A stretch of DNA of 64,000 nt from Mobula hypostoma (taxonomy: Eukaryota), in assembly GCF_963921235.1 (NCBI RefSeq), contig NC_086098.1, positions 237,274,001-237,338,000 on the forward strand. Reading direction: 5' to 3'. Made by a program: the position numbers and the translations under genes. A model generated the notes under the pieces. The model did no database searches. It saw only the letters and a list, made by a program, of their open reading frames with translations, and was not told where the DNA came from. This document shows, piece by piece, positions 1-12,853 of this stretch. The first letter of the stretch is position 1, and each line of letters opens with the position of its first letter.

Positions 1-2150
1 TTCCCACTACTGATGTCAGGTTGACTGGCCCATAAATTCCTTCTTTAAACTAGGAACTTTTCTTAAACAACACAACAACAGCAGCTATCCTCTAATCCTC
101 TGCCACCTCACTTGTTGCTAAGAATGTTTTAATATCTCTTAAGGCCGCTACAGTTTTTGCACTAGCCTCCCACAGGGTCAGACCGAACAGCTTATCAGGC
201 CCTGGGGATTTATCCACCCTAAGTTTCTCAAGACAGCAAAACTCTCCTCCTCTTTAATCTCCCACATCTCTTTCGACTCCAGAAATGAGCCTTATAGCCT
301 CATGATTTGCATTTTCCCAATTAAAAAATTTCCTGTCCTCTCTGATTCTATCCTTTCCCACGATAATTCTGAAGGCCTGGGAGTGTTGATCACTGTCCCC
401 CAGATGGTCACCCACTGAGTGATCTGTGCCCTGACCCGGTTTGTTACCTAATAATAGATCTAGTATGGCATTCCCCCTAGACAGCCTGTCAACATACTGT
501 GACAGGGATCCGTCCTGGACACACTTATCAAACTCTGCCCCGTCCAAACCCTTGGAAATAATCAGATGCCAATCAATGTTAGGGAAGTTAAAGTCACCCA
601 TAATAACAGCCCTGTTAATTTTGCACCTTTCCAAAATCTGCCTCCCAATCTGCTCCTCGGTATCTCTGCTGCTACCTGGGGGCCTATAGAATACTCCCAA
701 TAGAGTAACTGCTCCCTTCCTGTTCCTGACTTCTACCCATACTGACTCAAAAGAGGATCCTGCTACATTACCCACCCTTTCTGTAGCTGTAATAGTATCC
801 CTGAGCAGTATTACCTCCCCTCCTCCCTATCTCCCCACTCTATCCGTTATAAAACACTGAAATCCAGCAATATTGAGAATCCATTCCTGCTCTAGTCCCA
901 GTCAAGTCTCTATAATGGCCAGTACATCATAATTCCGTGTATACATCCAACCTCTCAGTTCATCACCTTTGTTCCTGATGCTTCTTGCATTGAAGTACAC
1001 GCACTTTAACTCTTCTACCCTCCTACCTTTACACCCTTTATTCTACTTCTCTTTCCTCAATCTCTATGTTAGATCTGGCTTTACTCCATGCACTTCTTCC
1101 ACTGCTCTATCGCTCCGGATCACATCCCACTTGCAAATTAGTTTAAACCCTCCCGAACCAGGCTAGCAAACCTACCTGCAAGGATATTGCTCCCCCTAGA
1201 AGTTCAGGTGCAACCCATCCAATCTGTACAGGTCCCACAGAAGAAATCCCAATGATCCAAAAATCTAAAACCCTGCCCACTGCACCAACTGCTGAGCGAA
1301 TCTCCTCCAATTCTTACGATGATTATCACGTAGCACTGGCGGCAATCCTGAAAACACCACCCTCGATGTCCTGTTTTTCAGCCTTCTGCCTTGTTCCCGA
1401 AACTCACACTTCAGGACCTCATCCCTCTTCCTGCCTATGTCATTGGTGCCGACATGTATCACGGCTTCTGGTTGCTTTCCCTCTCGCCCCAGGATGTCGT
1501 GCACCCGGTCAGAGATATCCCGGACCTTGGCACCCGGGAGGTAACAAACCATGCGGGTGTCCTTCTCACGTCCACAACTTTCCTGCCTGCTCCCCTGACT
1601 ACAGAGTCTCCAATACCGACAGCTCTCCTCTTCTCCGTCCCTCCCTTCTGCACCACAAGGTCAGATTCAGTGCCAGAGACCCTGCCACCGTGACTCACAC
1701 CTGGTCGGTCGTCCCCGCCAACAATATCCAGGACGGTAAACTTATTATTCAGGGGAATGGCTACAGGGGTGCTCTGCACTACATGTCTACTTACCTTTGC
1801 TTTCCCCCCTCTGACTGTCACCCAACGACCTGCTTCCGGCAGCCTAGGTGTGACTACCTCCCTGTAGCTCTCATCTATGACTGCCTCATTCTAACTTACG
1901 AGTCGAAAGTCATTCAGCTGCTGCTCCAGATTCCTTACATGGTCTTCCAGATCGCCCAACCGTATACACTTCTGGCAGATATGACTCTGCGGGAGAGGAG
2001 AGGTCCCCCAAGACTGCCACATCTCACATGAGAGGAACACCACCGTCTCAGGAAGCATTATAATGCCGAACTGGAACAAGCTCGTCCTCCGCCTCTTCTC
2101 ATTGAAGCCTCTCGAGTCAAAGCCTCAAAGCTCCACTCCTTCACTAGCCT
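1..2150 (-). mobile_element. CR1-clade LINE, 5' part (ORF1 and ORF2 endonuclease), degraded
   Basis: Minus ORFs give a Cys-rich ORF1 start (CEMWQ...HICQKC, 1891-2079), an SGNH-esterase-like ORF1 part (CYLPGAKVRD...IHVGTNDIG, 1265-1552) and an APE endonuclease (VTLLGVFYRPP...IMGDFNFPNIDW...ILDLLL, 254-775). Confidence 0.85.
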
Positions 2151-2227
2151 ACTCATTCAATGGCCGCTTTCCACATACCAAATCTCTTCAAGCTACTAAT
2201 AAAATATAGCCGCTGTCTTGCCTTGTT

Positions 2228-4420
2228 TATAACTGCATCGATATATTGGGTCCAGGTTAGGCCTTCACAGATCTTGACACCCAGGAACTTGAAACTGCTC
2301 ACTCTCTCCGCTTTTGATTCCTCATGAGGATTGGTATCTGTTCCTTCGTCTGATCCTTCCGTAAATAGACAATCAGATGTTTGATCTTACTGACGTTGTG
2401 TGCCAGGTTTTGCTGCGGCACCACTCCACTAGTTGGCATGCCTTACTCCTGTACGCCCTCTCGTCACCACCGGAGATTCAACCAACAATGGCTGAATCCT
2501 CAGCATATTTAGAGATGGTATTTGCGCTATGCATAGCCACATAGTCATGGGTATAGAGACAGTAGAGCAGTGGGCAAAGCACACACCCCTGAGGTGCACC
2601 AGTGTTGATATTCAGCGAAGAGGAGATTTTATACCAATTCGCATAGATTGTTGTCTTCCGGTTAGGAAATCGAGGTTCCAATTGCAGACAGAGGTACAGA
2701 GGCCCAGGCTCTGCAACTTCTCAATCAGGATTTTTGGAATGATGATAAGAAATGATGAGGTATAGTCGATGAATAGCATCCTGTCATAGGTGTTTGCGTT
2801 GTACCCGTGTTCTAAAACTGCGTGGAGGGCAATTGAGATTGAAACTGCCGTTAACCTATTGTGCGATAGGCAAATTGCCACGGGTCCAGGTCCTTGTTGA
2901 GGCAGGAGTTCAGTCTAAACATGATCAACCTCTCAAAGCATTTCATCACTGCAGGTGTGTGTACTAAGGGGAGATAGTCATTATGGCAGCTTACATTATT
3001 CTTCTTAGGCACTGGTATATTTGTTGCCTTTGTGAAGCAAGTGGGAATTTCCGCCCGTCATGAGAGGTTGAAAATGTCCTCGAGTACTCCTGGCAGTTGG
3101 ATGGCACAGGTTTTCAGGGCCTTACCAGGTACTCCATCGGGGCTTTCCGCATTGCGAGGGTTCACTCATTTTTAAGACAGCCTAAATTCGGCCTTTGATA
3201 CAGAGATCACAGGGTCATCAGGTGCATCAGGGATCTTCACAGCGTGCATCGAAGGCGTTGAGGTCATCTGAGCTTCATTCTATTGGGTTTCGCTTTGTAG
3301 GAGGTAACGTCTTGCAAGCCCTGCCAGAGTTGTCGTGCACAATGTCGCCTCCTAACTCGTTCCAAATTGTGTCTTCACCATTGAAATAGCCGTCCGCCTG
3401 GTTTTCGGGTACAGGCTTGGATCGACAGACTTGACTGCCACAGATCTAGCCTTCAGCAGAAGACATACCTCGTTGATCATCCAGGGCTTTTGGTTTGGGA
3501 ATGTGCAGCAAGTCTTTGTAGGCACACACTCACCCACACAGGGTTTAATAAAATCGATAACAACTGCGGCATATTCATCCCGGTTCGAAAATGAATCCCT
3601 GAATACAGTCCAGTCCACCGATTCAAAGCAGTCCTGTAGGCGCTCTTGTGCTTTCTTTGTTCATACCTTCTTAGTCCTCACTATTGGTGGTGCAGTCTTC
3701 AGTCCCTGCCTATACTCAGGGAATAGGAGTACAGCAGGTGATCAGACTTACCGATGTGAGGGCGTGGAATAGAACGGTAGGTATTCTTGATGGTGGTGTA
3801 GCAATGGCCCTCTGTGTTGTTTCCTCTGGTGTTGCAAGTGATCTGTTGATCGTAATTGCTTAGAGAGTTTTTTCAGACTGGCCTGGTTAAAATTTCCCAA
3901 AACAATGGTGAATGCGTTAGGATGCGCTGCTTCGTTCATGTTGAACTCATTATTCAGATCATCCGAAGCCTGATTGACATTGGCCTGAGATGGAATGTAT
4001 ACTTCTGCCAAAGTGACCCCGGAGAACTCCCGTGGTAGGTAAAAAAATAAGCGGGATTTAACTGCTAGATAGTTCAGGTTTGGTGGTCTGCGACAGCATT
4101 GCCATATTTGTGCAACAAGAAGAGTTTATCACGAGGAATTTTCCTCCAGCTCTGTTTTTAAGAGACTATGGATCTATCCTGACAGTGTATACTAAACTCG
4201 TCGATCTGAATCGCTGCATCTGGTACGGAAGGGGTTAACCAGGATTCCGTGAAACAAAGTACACACGCGGTTCTAATGTCCCTCTGATTCAGCACCCTGG
4301 CTCTGATATAATTGATTTTTTTTCAGCAGATATGCGGCACAGCTTTATGCTGAGGGTTTTCTATGTTTCTATGTTTCCAGATACTGCACGTTTGCCAGCA
4401 AGATAATCAGTATTGGGAGT
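2228..4420 (-). mobile_element. Rex1/Babar-type LINE, frameshifted
   Basis: Minus ORF fragments VYIP..ANV...IVLGNFNQA (3748-4011), DWTVF...FPNQKPWM (3352-3618), AISIALH...MLFIDY.S.F..IIP..LIEKL..LGL (2612-2881) and NTGAPQGCVLCPLLY.LYT...KYAED (2478-2681) follow the Rex1 ORF order. Confidence 0.8.
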
Positions 4421-4679
4421 TTAAAGCCCTGTTTCCTTAAACGCACTTGTAACCCCGATCTACAAACACGCTTCTTCCGTGGGCGCTTCCATCCACAGTT
4501 GTTTCCATCAGATTAAGCAGCAATGGTTCGTTTAAACCCATTAAGACATCTTTGTTGACTGTGCTGGCCTTGGAAGCAGTTGTGCCTTTTAATCTTATCC
4601 ATTGAGAGTACTGCTGCTACTCTCGTCGCCCATAGGTTGCCCCGGAAACCGAGTTCACACAAAACACAGGACATAATAT

Positions 4680-5150
4680 TACCAGAAATAAATTAACAGA
4701 TAGTAAATATATATTCCAAAAGACTAACATTCAGTAGAAGTTGGATTTACAATTTAAGTCGAAAAGTAATTATAATGCTCATGATGCTTCATTTGTGATG
4801 ATACTTGGGTGGACGCAGTCGCCTCACGACCTGGGGTAAGAATCTTTTCCCATTTTAATTGTCCTCGTCTTGATGCGATGGTAGCTCCTGCCGGATAGTA
4901 GGGGGTCAAAGAGGGGTTATGAGGCGCTGTAAGTAAGCAATCCTCATTTCCTTTTGCTGTTGAATCCGGTTTACAGACTGCAAATTGGGGATTTCATTGC
5001 GTGCGCGGTGGCCGACCTGCCCTATATCTCTGTTACAATTATTCGCTTCATTTGAGGTACCAACACTGCAAATCGTGACTATTCTGTCTCACCTACCAGA
5101 TATACAGCTCTGTATTATTATTGAAATCGATTTCGCTTCAAGGAAAATAG
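4680..5150. repeat. Internally deleted tandem copy of the adjacent block (matches ~5484-5792 then ~6250-6400)
   Basis: By-eye alignment: 4680-4978 parallels 5484-5792 (e.g. gggtcaaag.gggg.ta.gaggcgc...tc.ggtttacagac), then continues directly into tgcaaattggggattt, which matches 6250 onward. Confidence 0.6.
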
Positions 5151-5629
5151 AGAATGCTGGAAACACTCAGTGCATTTAGCACCAACTATGGACTTCTCCG
5201 ATTTTGAAGATCAGTGGATTTTTAAACGTGTAGAAACGATTTATTTTAGTGACTCATTCATAACTGTGTCTGCGACATCTGAAGCCATCTTGTAGACTGA
5301 TTATGCCATATTATAACTTTCATTGGTGTAAATATTATTTCCTTGACTTGTATATTGAAGTTGAAGTTCAGGTTTATTGTTATTGAACTCCGTAATGTAT
5401 ATCGACAAACAAAATAATTTTCCTCCGGAACTTGGTGCACAACAAATTGCATATAAACCACACACACCACGGAAAATAATATTACCGGAAAAAAACTAAT
5501 AAATAATTCAATACATTCCAGCAGTTTGACATTCAGCATAAGCTGATTTACAGCTCAAGTCGACAAGTAAAGAATATAATGCACTTGATGTTTCATAAGT
5601 GATGAGACCTAGGTAATCCAATGGAGTTC

Positions 5630-6400
5630 AGTCATCTCGCGGTCTGGGGGTAGAAGCTGTTTTCCATTCTAATGGTCCTCGTCCTAATGCTATAGTACCT
5701 CCTTCCTGGTAGTGTGGGGGTCAAAGCGGGGGTAAGAGGCGCGGTACGAAAGCGAACCTCATTTCTTTTAGCGGCTAAATCTGGTTTACAGACAGCTACG
5801 TTCTACCGCCACCACATTATTAGAAATCACTTTTCCGGTCGGCAGTCTTAATCTTTTATAACAAGTATTATTTATAATTCAGTAAACCATAATCTTAAAT
5901 GTTAACACTCATTATACACGACAGGCAGAAACAGTGCGTGTCTGGAAAATAACTTTATCTCTGTACATATCTGGAAGTCCTGGAAAGGGGTCAGGAGCGT
6001 TATCATGATATCATGTATTCAACTAAATGTTTAATAATACTTCTACTGCAAACCTGGACGCATACACCAAAGAAACGCTCTCGGGGGCGCTATCGTTCTT
6101 TTTCGAAGACATCGTGCGTAATCGCAATGAAAAAGTTATACTTCATCTGGCAGTTGTCATGGGAACCGTCTTATGCAATGTTGCTCTACTGTGCGGGGGT
6201 AAAGGCGGCGAAACTGAGAGAAATCGCCATCACAGCTCCTTGCACCTGAGTGCAAATTGGGGATTTAATTGTAAAAGCCAGGGCCGACCTGCTCAACATC
6301 TCTGTCACGGCCATTCGCTTCATTCCAAAAACCAATAATGAGAATTATGTCTATTCTACTTCTGTTGCAGGTATATTCTTCCATTAATACAGTGAGCATA
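5630..6400. repeat. 'Block A' of the duplicated lambda-cluster unit (paralogous to ~44770-45700)
   Basis: Shared anchors with 44770-45700: ggagttcagt.atct, aagctgttt.ccat.ctaa, gaaagcgaa.ctca, ctgcaaacctgga, ggcgctatcgttct.tt.tcgaa.acatc, tcgc.atca.agctcc. Confidence 0.65.
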
Positions 6401-6588
6401 ACTATAGACTGTGTTCTCAATAGCTTGCTCCAGAAGTCCATGAAATTTCCAAATTATTTACAATACACGCATGCTAGTTATAAAGTTTAAGATGCGGTGC
6501 CCACCGGGTTCTCTGGCTTTCTCTGACAATCCAAAGGTGCATCGGTAGGTATATACATATATATACATACGTACTTGCGTACATACAT

Positions 6589-7430
6589 TGTGACGAGAAT
6601 ACAGATAGATAAGATGTTAGCTGTCCTGTGTGATCAGCAGTTGGTCTGCCACCTGTCTTCAAGAGAGAGATAAGGAACACAATGAAACAGCATCTGGAGA
6701 TGTGTAATGAAGGGACGGGAGAGAGAGAGCTGTCTGGAGCGGCTCCCCCTTTGAACCCTGAACTGTTTGAAGTGATGGACAGGCGATACCCCAGCAGGGG
6801 GATAAAAAGGGACAGGTTCGCTAAGGCAGGACACACACGACACCCTAGGTAACGAGACCCTGGAAGCAGTGCACCTCTCACGAGTCGGTGGGAAGTATCG
6901 GACAACGCACAGGGTGGAAAGGTACGATCAGCGGGAACCCGGTGTGTGTCCGCCCTTCCTTGGGTGCCGGGTTCACTGCAGAGGATCGACCGCATCTGGA
7001 GGAGGGGTCACAGTCGGTGACCTCAGGTGACATCACCAAGGACCTGCCCAAAAGCTGCTTGTGAGCAATTATCGCCGGTCTGTGAGTGGAAGCCGTTTCT
7101 GAATGATCAGTGGTTCCCGTTATCTCTCTCTCCACCTCCACCCCACGTTGTGCGAACTGATTACTGCGAACTGAACAAAATTGGACTGAACTTTTGTGTC
7201 ACTTTGAAATTTGGTCATTTACCCCTAGACAACGATAGAGCTTGATTGATGCTGTTATCTTAATTCTGTGCACATGTGTGTTTATCATTGCTGAACTGTT
7301 GCATTTATTATCCTTTCGATTACTGTGTTGCTTGTTTCTTTCATAAAACTTTCTTAGTTCTAGTAATCCAGACTCCAACTGAGTGATTCATTTCTGCTGG
7401 TTCGGCAACCCAGTTACGGGGTACGTAACA
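6589..7430 (+). mobile_element. Solo LTR (842 bp) with 4-bp target-site duplication
   Basis: Begins TGTGACG and ends CGTAACA (near-inverted TG...CA termini); flanked by ACAT on both sides (6585-6588, 7431-7434); internal GATAAAA TATA-like box near 6800 suggests plus orientation. Confidence 0.8.
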
Positions 7431-9730
7431 ACATATATAGACAAGAGGAAATCTGCAGATGCTGGAAAACGAAGTGATACACACATACTGCTGGAAAAAA
7501 AAACTCAGAAGGCCTGAAAAAGGAAAAAAAAAACAGTTAACGATTCGGGCCGTGATCCTTGATCATGACTGGGTAAAAGAGATGAGATGTCAATATAAGA
7601 AGATGGGGGGTGGTGAGGAAGAAGTTCAAGGTAGTAGGTAATAAGTGACACAGGGAGAAGAGCAGGGTGAATTAAAGAGCTAGGAAGTCGATTGCTTAAG
7701 GAGATAAAAGCATGGAGAATGGGGGTCTTATAGGAGAGGGCAGAAAGCCATGATAGAAACGGAAACGGGTGAAGCACCAGAGGAAAGTAATGAGCAGTAA
7801 GGACACAAGTTAAGAGAGGGACGTGAAGGAGAGGGGGTTGGGCAACTACCGAAGTTGGATAAATAAAAATTAGAGTCTGAGAGCAGCAGAGATCACAGAG
7901 GTCAGCAGTCAGAGAAAATTTCACTGAAATCTAATTGAAATTTTAAAATAGATAGATTGATGGATAGACCGACAGATAAATGAATGAATAAATACCGGCT
8001 CCGCTGCGGCATGACACTTGCGGGTTGCCCCCAGCACAATCCTCTCTGATTTGATTTGACGCAATTGGCAAACGTCACTGCATATTTCTTTCTAAGTGTG
8101 ACAAGTAAAGCTAAACTTTTAATGTTTAATTTATTTATTTACCTTCATGATTTTTATGTTTTTTAATGTTTTAAAACGCATTTGACTTCTCCAGTGTTTA
8201 CAATAATCTTTTAAACCGTGAAAAACGTTAATGGATACAATAAATCAATAAATCATATGTCCGAGATTTAATTTGATTCCGGTCTTTTAGACCTGATTTA
8301 TTTTCTCTAACTTCGAGCACGTTGCTCGATATAATCCAAAAATGAAATGCTTGGTACATAGTCAGTTAAAGTCCAGGCACAGGTTCACACCACCCACCAA
8401 ATACAGAAAGTTCATTAATGACGAAGTGAGAGTTCTACACAAAAGGCTGGAAGGAATCAGCAGGTCAGGCAGTATCTATGGAACAAAATAAAAAGTCGAC
8501 GCCTCGGTCGAAGCGCCTCCACATTCCCGATGAAATGCCTCGGCCGGAGATATCGGCACTTTGTTCTTTTATATCGATTTTTCCTCACCTGCTGAGTTCC
8601 TTCAGCCTGTTCTGTTTGTTTCTCTGTGCGTCAGCATCTACAGAACCACCTGAGTTTAAGAGCTTTCCACGTTTGCCGGGTAATGATGTGCGATTCTTAG
8701 CAACTGTAGAAGTCGGGCAGGATCAACATGGGATTACTGCACAGTCCTCGATACAATTGCCAAACATCAACCAAGTCACGATGACGGCGTCTCCGGTTGA
8801 AGCCACCTTCTACTTCAAAATAAGCCTGTTCACCTTTTATCTATTCATAAAGGTAGATAGTACAACCCTCTATATCTTCCCCGGTATTGGTGAGATATAC
8901 CTTAGAGATCCCTGGAGAGCGGCGCTCTTCCCTGTACTTTTTTATTTGGACATTTTGATGATCTTTGTGGAGCACCAGTTTATCCATTCTGCCGTTCCTT
9001 TTTTTTCCCCTCTCTAGCTCCGTGAGTCAAACGCACCCACTAGTAACTTATGTGAAATATTACTGCATTTTCTGTGAGTGCATGCAGCTAACACCGGCAG
9101 TCAGTCACAACCTCTATAAGGACCACCCTACAAATCACGCAAGAAATAACGTTAATATATGCAGACGGAACTCTGTAGTCTTCTCACGCTTATTTCACGG
9201 TTTGGTAACTCTCACCCATGCGACAAGTGCAGGCGTCTTAGATGCCACGAGTTTCTGGAAGAGTCATTATCCTCCAATCATCAGGCTCCTGAACCAAAGT
9301 GGATGACTTTACTCACCACACCTCTGGATTGATCCCACAAACTACAGACTCACTTTCAAAAACACTTCAACTCATGCCCTCAGTATTGTTTATGTATTTA
9401 TGCATTTATCCCTTTATCCTTTTATTTATGGACTGATTGATTGAATTTAATTGATTTATCTATTTATTTATGGAGTTATTTGTTTATCTCTATTTCATTC
9501 TGTTTGGTTCTTTGCTGTTTTTTTTGTCTTTTTCCACATTGCTTGTTAGCGTTTTCTTTTTTCTCCTGTACTTTTTTCCTGTAATGTGAATACCTGCAAG
9601 AAAATAGAACGCTGGGTAGCATATGATGACGAATACGCACCTTCTTAACGCATTTATTTTGAACGTTGAAGGTAAAGGTGAGTTACAGCCTATGCGTTGT
9701 GTTTCAGGGAACGGTTTATGTCCCGTGGGC

Positions 9731-9731
<1 letters not shown>

Positions 9732-9784
<53 letters not shown>

Positions 9785-9789
9785 TGTGT
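9732..9789. repeat. (TG)n microsatellite
   Basis: Directly visible. Confidence 0.95.
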
Positions 9790-10465
9790 CTGTTTTGGGG
9801 GCGGGTGGTGGTGTCGGGGCGTGAGCTAACGGAATCGGTAACCTCGGATGCAGATAATGGCCAGGTCACGGACAAACATCCCTGCAGTGTAACGCTCCCA
9901 ATTGTGGTAACACTTTGGCCAAAAGGCAGCAGAATGGTGATCTTCCATCCACGAAGTTAGTTGGAAATGAAGAGTAGGTGCCGCCAGTGGCTGGAGCTGA
10001 GCGACGACGGGGAAGGCTGACGTTGGACACAGAGACCTGAAGGGCGCAATAAGTGGATTTAAGTGTAATTCCAATCGTGGTTCCCAGAATCAGGTTGTCA
10101 GCTACCAATACCCCCAACGTACTGCGGCCAATCGAGTAAAGACATGCCATGATACACCCACCACTGTTTTCTCTTTATTAAGAGATGTGTTACACAAGAT
10201 CTAATCACATAACAAGAGATCGCTCCGAATTCTGCACAACGCGGAAGGTCAAACAGAGAACAATAGGGATAATTCTATACAAAATTATGCGTCGCAAAAT
10301 AAATATAATCCGCGCTTATTTATAAAATTGCTTAACGTTCTGACTCTCTCATAAGCGGACATTGCTACACAATTACATTGCAAAGAGAGCTGCACAGTCC
10401 CACGGATTGGTTCACTGCATTAAGCGAGAGCAAACGATCCGCATATGTTGCCAGCCGGCGCCTTC

Positions 10466-10794
10466 TCACTGCGCACATACGGACGAAGACATGGTGTTTC
10501 GCAGCGGCGAACACAGCGAGCTGCGGCTTACGCTGCAGGAAAAGCTTGAGCCCTTGCTCCATGCAGCAGCGGGTACCCGCAGGTTACTGATCAGCTTGTA
10601 GGTCTGGTCCGTGACGAGAGGCACGGCGCCCGTCGTCATCCCGCTCTCCGTATCGACTCCATTTACACTCCAGCGCAACGCGACCAACTCCGGCTTAAAG
10701 CCACCCACCAGGCAGGAGTGACTGGCCGAACCGGAGCCCGTCTCTTCCCGCGAAGGAGGAAGCAGGACAACCGAAGGGTTCCGGCACTCGCTAC
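10466..10794 (-). CDS. IGLC: Ig light chain lambda (type II) constant exon, cluster 1; frame open
   Basis: Acceptor ctccctctcacag|GT, phase 1. Translation: SECRNPSVVLLPPSREETGSGSASHSCLVGGFKPELVALRWSVNGVDTESGMTTGAVPLVTDQTYKLISNLRVPAAAWSKGSSFSCSVSRSSLCSPLRNTMSSSVCAQ*. C1-set Cys/Trp/Cys core plus a C-terminal Cys, no TM; resembles chondrichthyan lambda C. Confidence 0.9.
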
Positions 10795-12313
10795 CTGTGA
10801 GAGGGAGAGGAGACGGAGGGAAATAGAAACACTACTAATTAACTGACTGATCGGAGTTAGAAAAAGTACCGCAAAAATTAGCACAATTTAGTTCTGGCTT
10901 TAGATGAAATGTGGGTCACAGAATGCGCCATTCCGTCCTTCGAAATGACTGGTTACCCTGGTTATTCCCAGCTCTCTGCTCTGGGCCCGCAAGCCTGTGT
11001 GGCTATGGCGCTACATTATTTATTTTAAAAATGTTTTCTGGGTCCACGCTCCAGTCGCCGCTGAATTCTAGAGCCTAGTATTGTGGTAAAATGTTGCAGA
11101 CATCTCTTGTAGCACTGCTCAATCACTTCGCTAATTCCCCATGTCATGCTGATATTTATTGTTCGCTCTTTGGAGATCAATTGTTCGCAAGTCTCTAATA
11201 ATCCCACAAATTGGAAAATCTTCTGTCAGTAACTATAAGAATACTGCACCTTCAGTGATTGATCGAGTGAAAGCTACTTGGAATGCACCGAATTCAGGAA
11301 AGTTCTTTGGATATGCAAGACTGCTTGTCAAGTGACCGAAGAAGAAATGGCGGAAAAATAGAGAAAGTCTGTTAATCGATGAGAAGCAAGAAGAGTATGA
11401 AGGGTAAGTTCACACCCGAACCCGTAGTAACACCGTGTCACCGCTCTGACCAGCACCTTCCCCAAATGTATTATTTGTAAAGACTGACGTTTTTCCCTGT
11501 GTTTCCACGACCATAACAACACCGCTCTTAATCACAGCCTGCGAATTGTGTTAACTTGAAGCAGTGAATATCCTACCCTGTGATCCAGGATTTACGCAAC
11601 AAACACTGTGAATATTGGCGCCAAACACGTTCTCAGAGGTGGTGAATTAAGGGAGAAATGTGGGTGTCTTGCTTCTGAGAGCAAAGATTTTTCCAATTTC
11701 TGTATGAATATTATGCCAATCAGTTTACAAGCGGGCGACGGAACCGTCGGTGAAGAACTTTTCGAGAATGCTAAGCGGAGAAGCGAAGAATTTAAAGGAG
11801 ATATCCGATGTATTTCTGATTTTGCACAGAGTGGTGGGTGTATAGAACGCATAGAGGTGGAAGAGGGAAGATACGACAGGGAAGTTTATTTTACATTCTT
11901 ATTGTGTACATCTCAATGCATTGTGACATCTCTTGATATACGGACAGTATGTGAGAGAGGCTTATCGTTGTATCTTGTGAAAAGTAGCAATAAAAGAAGC
12001 AATACTTATAATAAATTGCACGGGCTCATTGTGTTAAAGACGAGGGACGCCACAAGATATTCAATTCTGCTGCAAAGACTGAGGCAGATCAATAGTGCTC
12101 AACAAAATTGTTCTCAAAGGTGAAGCGATCATTAATTTGAATTTTGGACCTGTCTCGATGGGCTGTACGGCCGCGTACGCCAAAATAAGAAAGACCGAAT
12201 TTCCTAAAGTACAGAATTATAACCAAACTTCCCTGCACGGGTTGTATCCAGCTGTGGAGAATGAGATTAAATATAATAGAAATTGTTCGTTACAGAATCA
12301 GAGAGTCACTTAC

Positions 12314-12664
12314 TCTATAGTCAGGATAATGCCCGGACCGAAGATATATGCATTGTCCCACGCTGCACAGTAATATACAGCAGAGTCTCCAGGCTCTTAA
12401 CTGCTGATGGTCAGGATGTGCTTGCTGATGGAGCTCTCCCTAGGTGGTTGATAACGGGCTCTGATCCCTGTAGCTCGGTATATATCATTGTCCGTTTCAT
12501 CGTCTCACACCCACTGCGGTCACTCCACGGGACGCTGTCGGTACCAGTACATGTCGTAACTTCCAACATTTCCGTTCTGTATCCGGCATTCTAAGCTGAC
12601 GATTTGTCCCTGGAGACTGGTCCAGACATTAGAGTCTGACTGAGAACTGGGGCTGCCCGGACTC
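12314..12664 (-). pseudogene. IGLV: Germline-joined Ig lambda VJ exon, cluster 1, pseudogene
   Basis: Acceptor ttattacag|GA. Reads GVRAAPVLSQ..., a 1-nt frameshift in FR1, then GQIVSLECRIQNGNVGSYDMYWYRQRPVE*PQWV*DDETDNDIYRATGIRARYQPPRESSISKHILTISS*EPGDSAVYYCAAWDNAYIFGPGIILTI, then gtaagt. Three in-frame stops; V and J contiguous with no RSS. Confidence 0.92.
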
Positions 12665-12800
12665 CTGTAATAAAACACAATAAATCCCCTGTGTGAATTT
12701 GAGATAACACAAGGCTTATCAATCCTTAATACGAGCAAAAGAATCAGCAGTAATTCTAATTCTAACGAATAATCTCTGCGTGAACCAACCCGACTCCCAC

Positions 12801-12853
12801 CTTGCAAATGGATCAGCAGAGCCCAGAGGTGATGAAGAACTGGGAATATTCAT
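12801..12853 (-). pseudogene. Lambda leader exon, cluster 1 (ATG out of frame)
   Basis: Reads ...FPVLHHLWALLIHLQ G|gtggga (phase-1 donor). ATG at 12853 is one base out of frame. Homologous to the leader at 58832-58880. Confidence 0.7.

Noticed and set aside
9866-10150. TM-like or Ig-like ORF just downstream of lambda C
   Set aside because: The hydrophobic stretch contains R, D and N, no convincing Ig motif spacing emerges in any frame, and no splice path from C (which ends in a stop) exists.
11572-11610. CACTGTG in the lambda J-C intron as an RSS
   Set aside because: No nonamer at either spacing.
11608-12123. 171-aa ORF in the J-C intron
   Set aside because: Antisense to the lambda gene, starts at a non-ATG codon, and has no recognisable motif.
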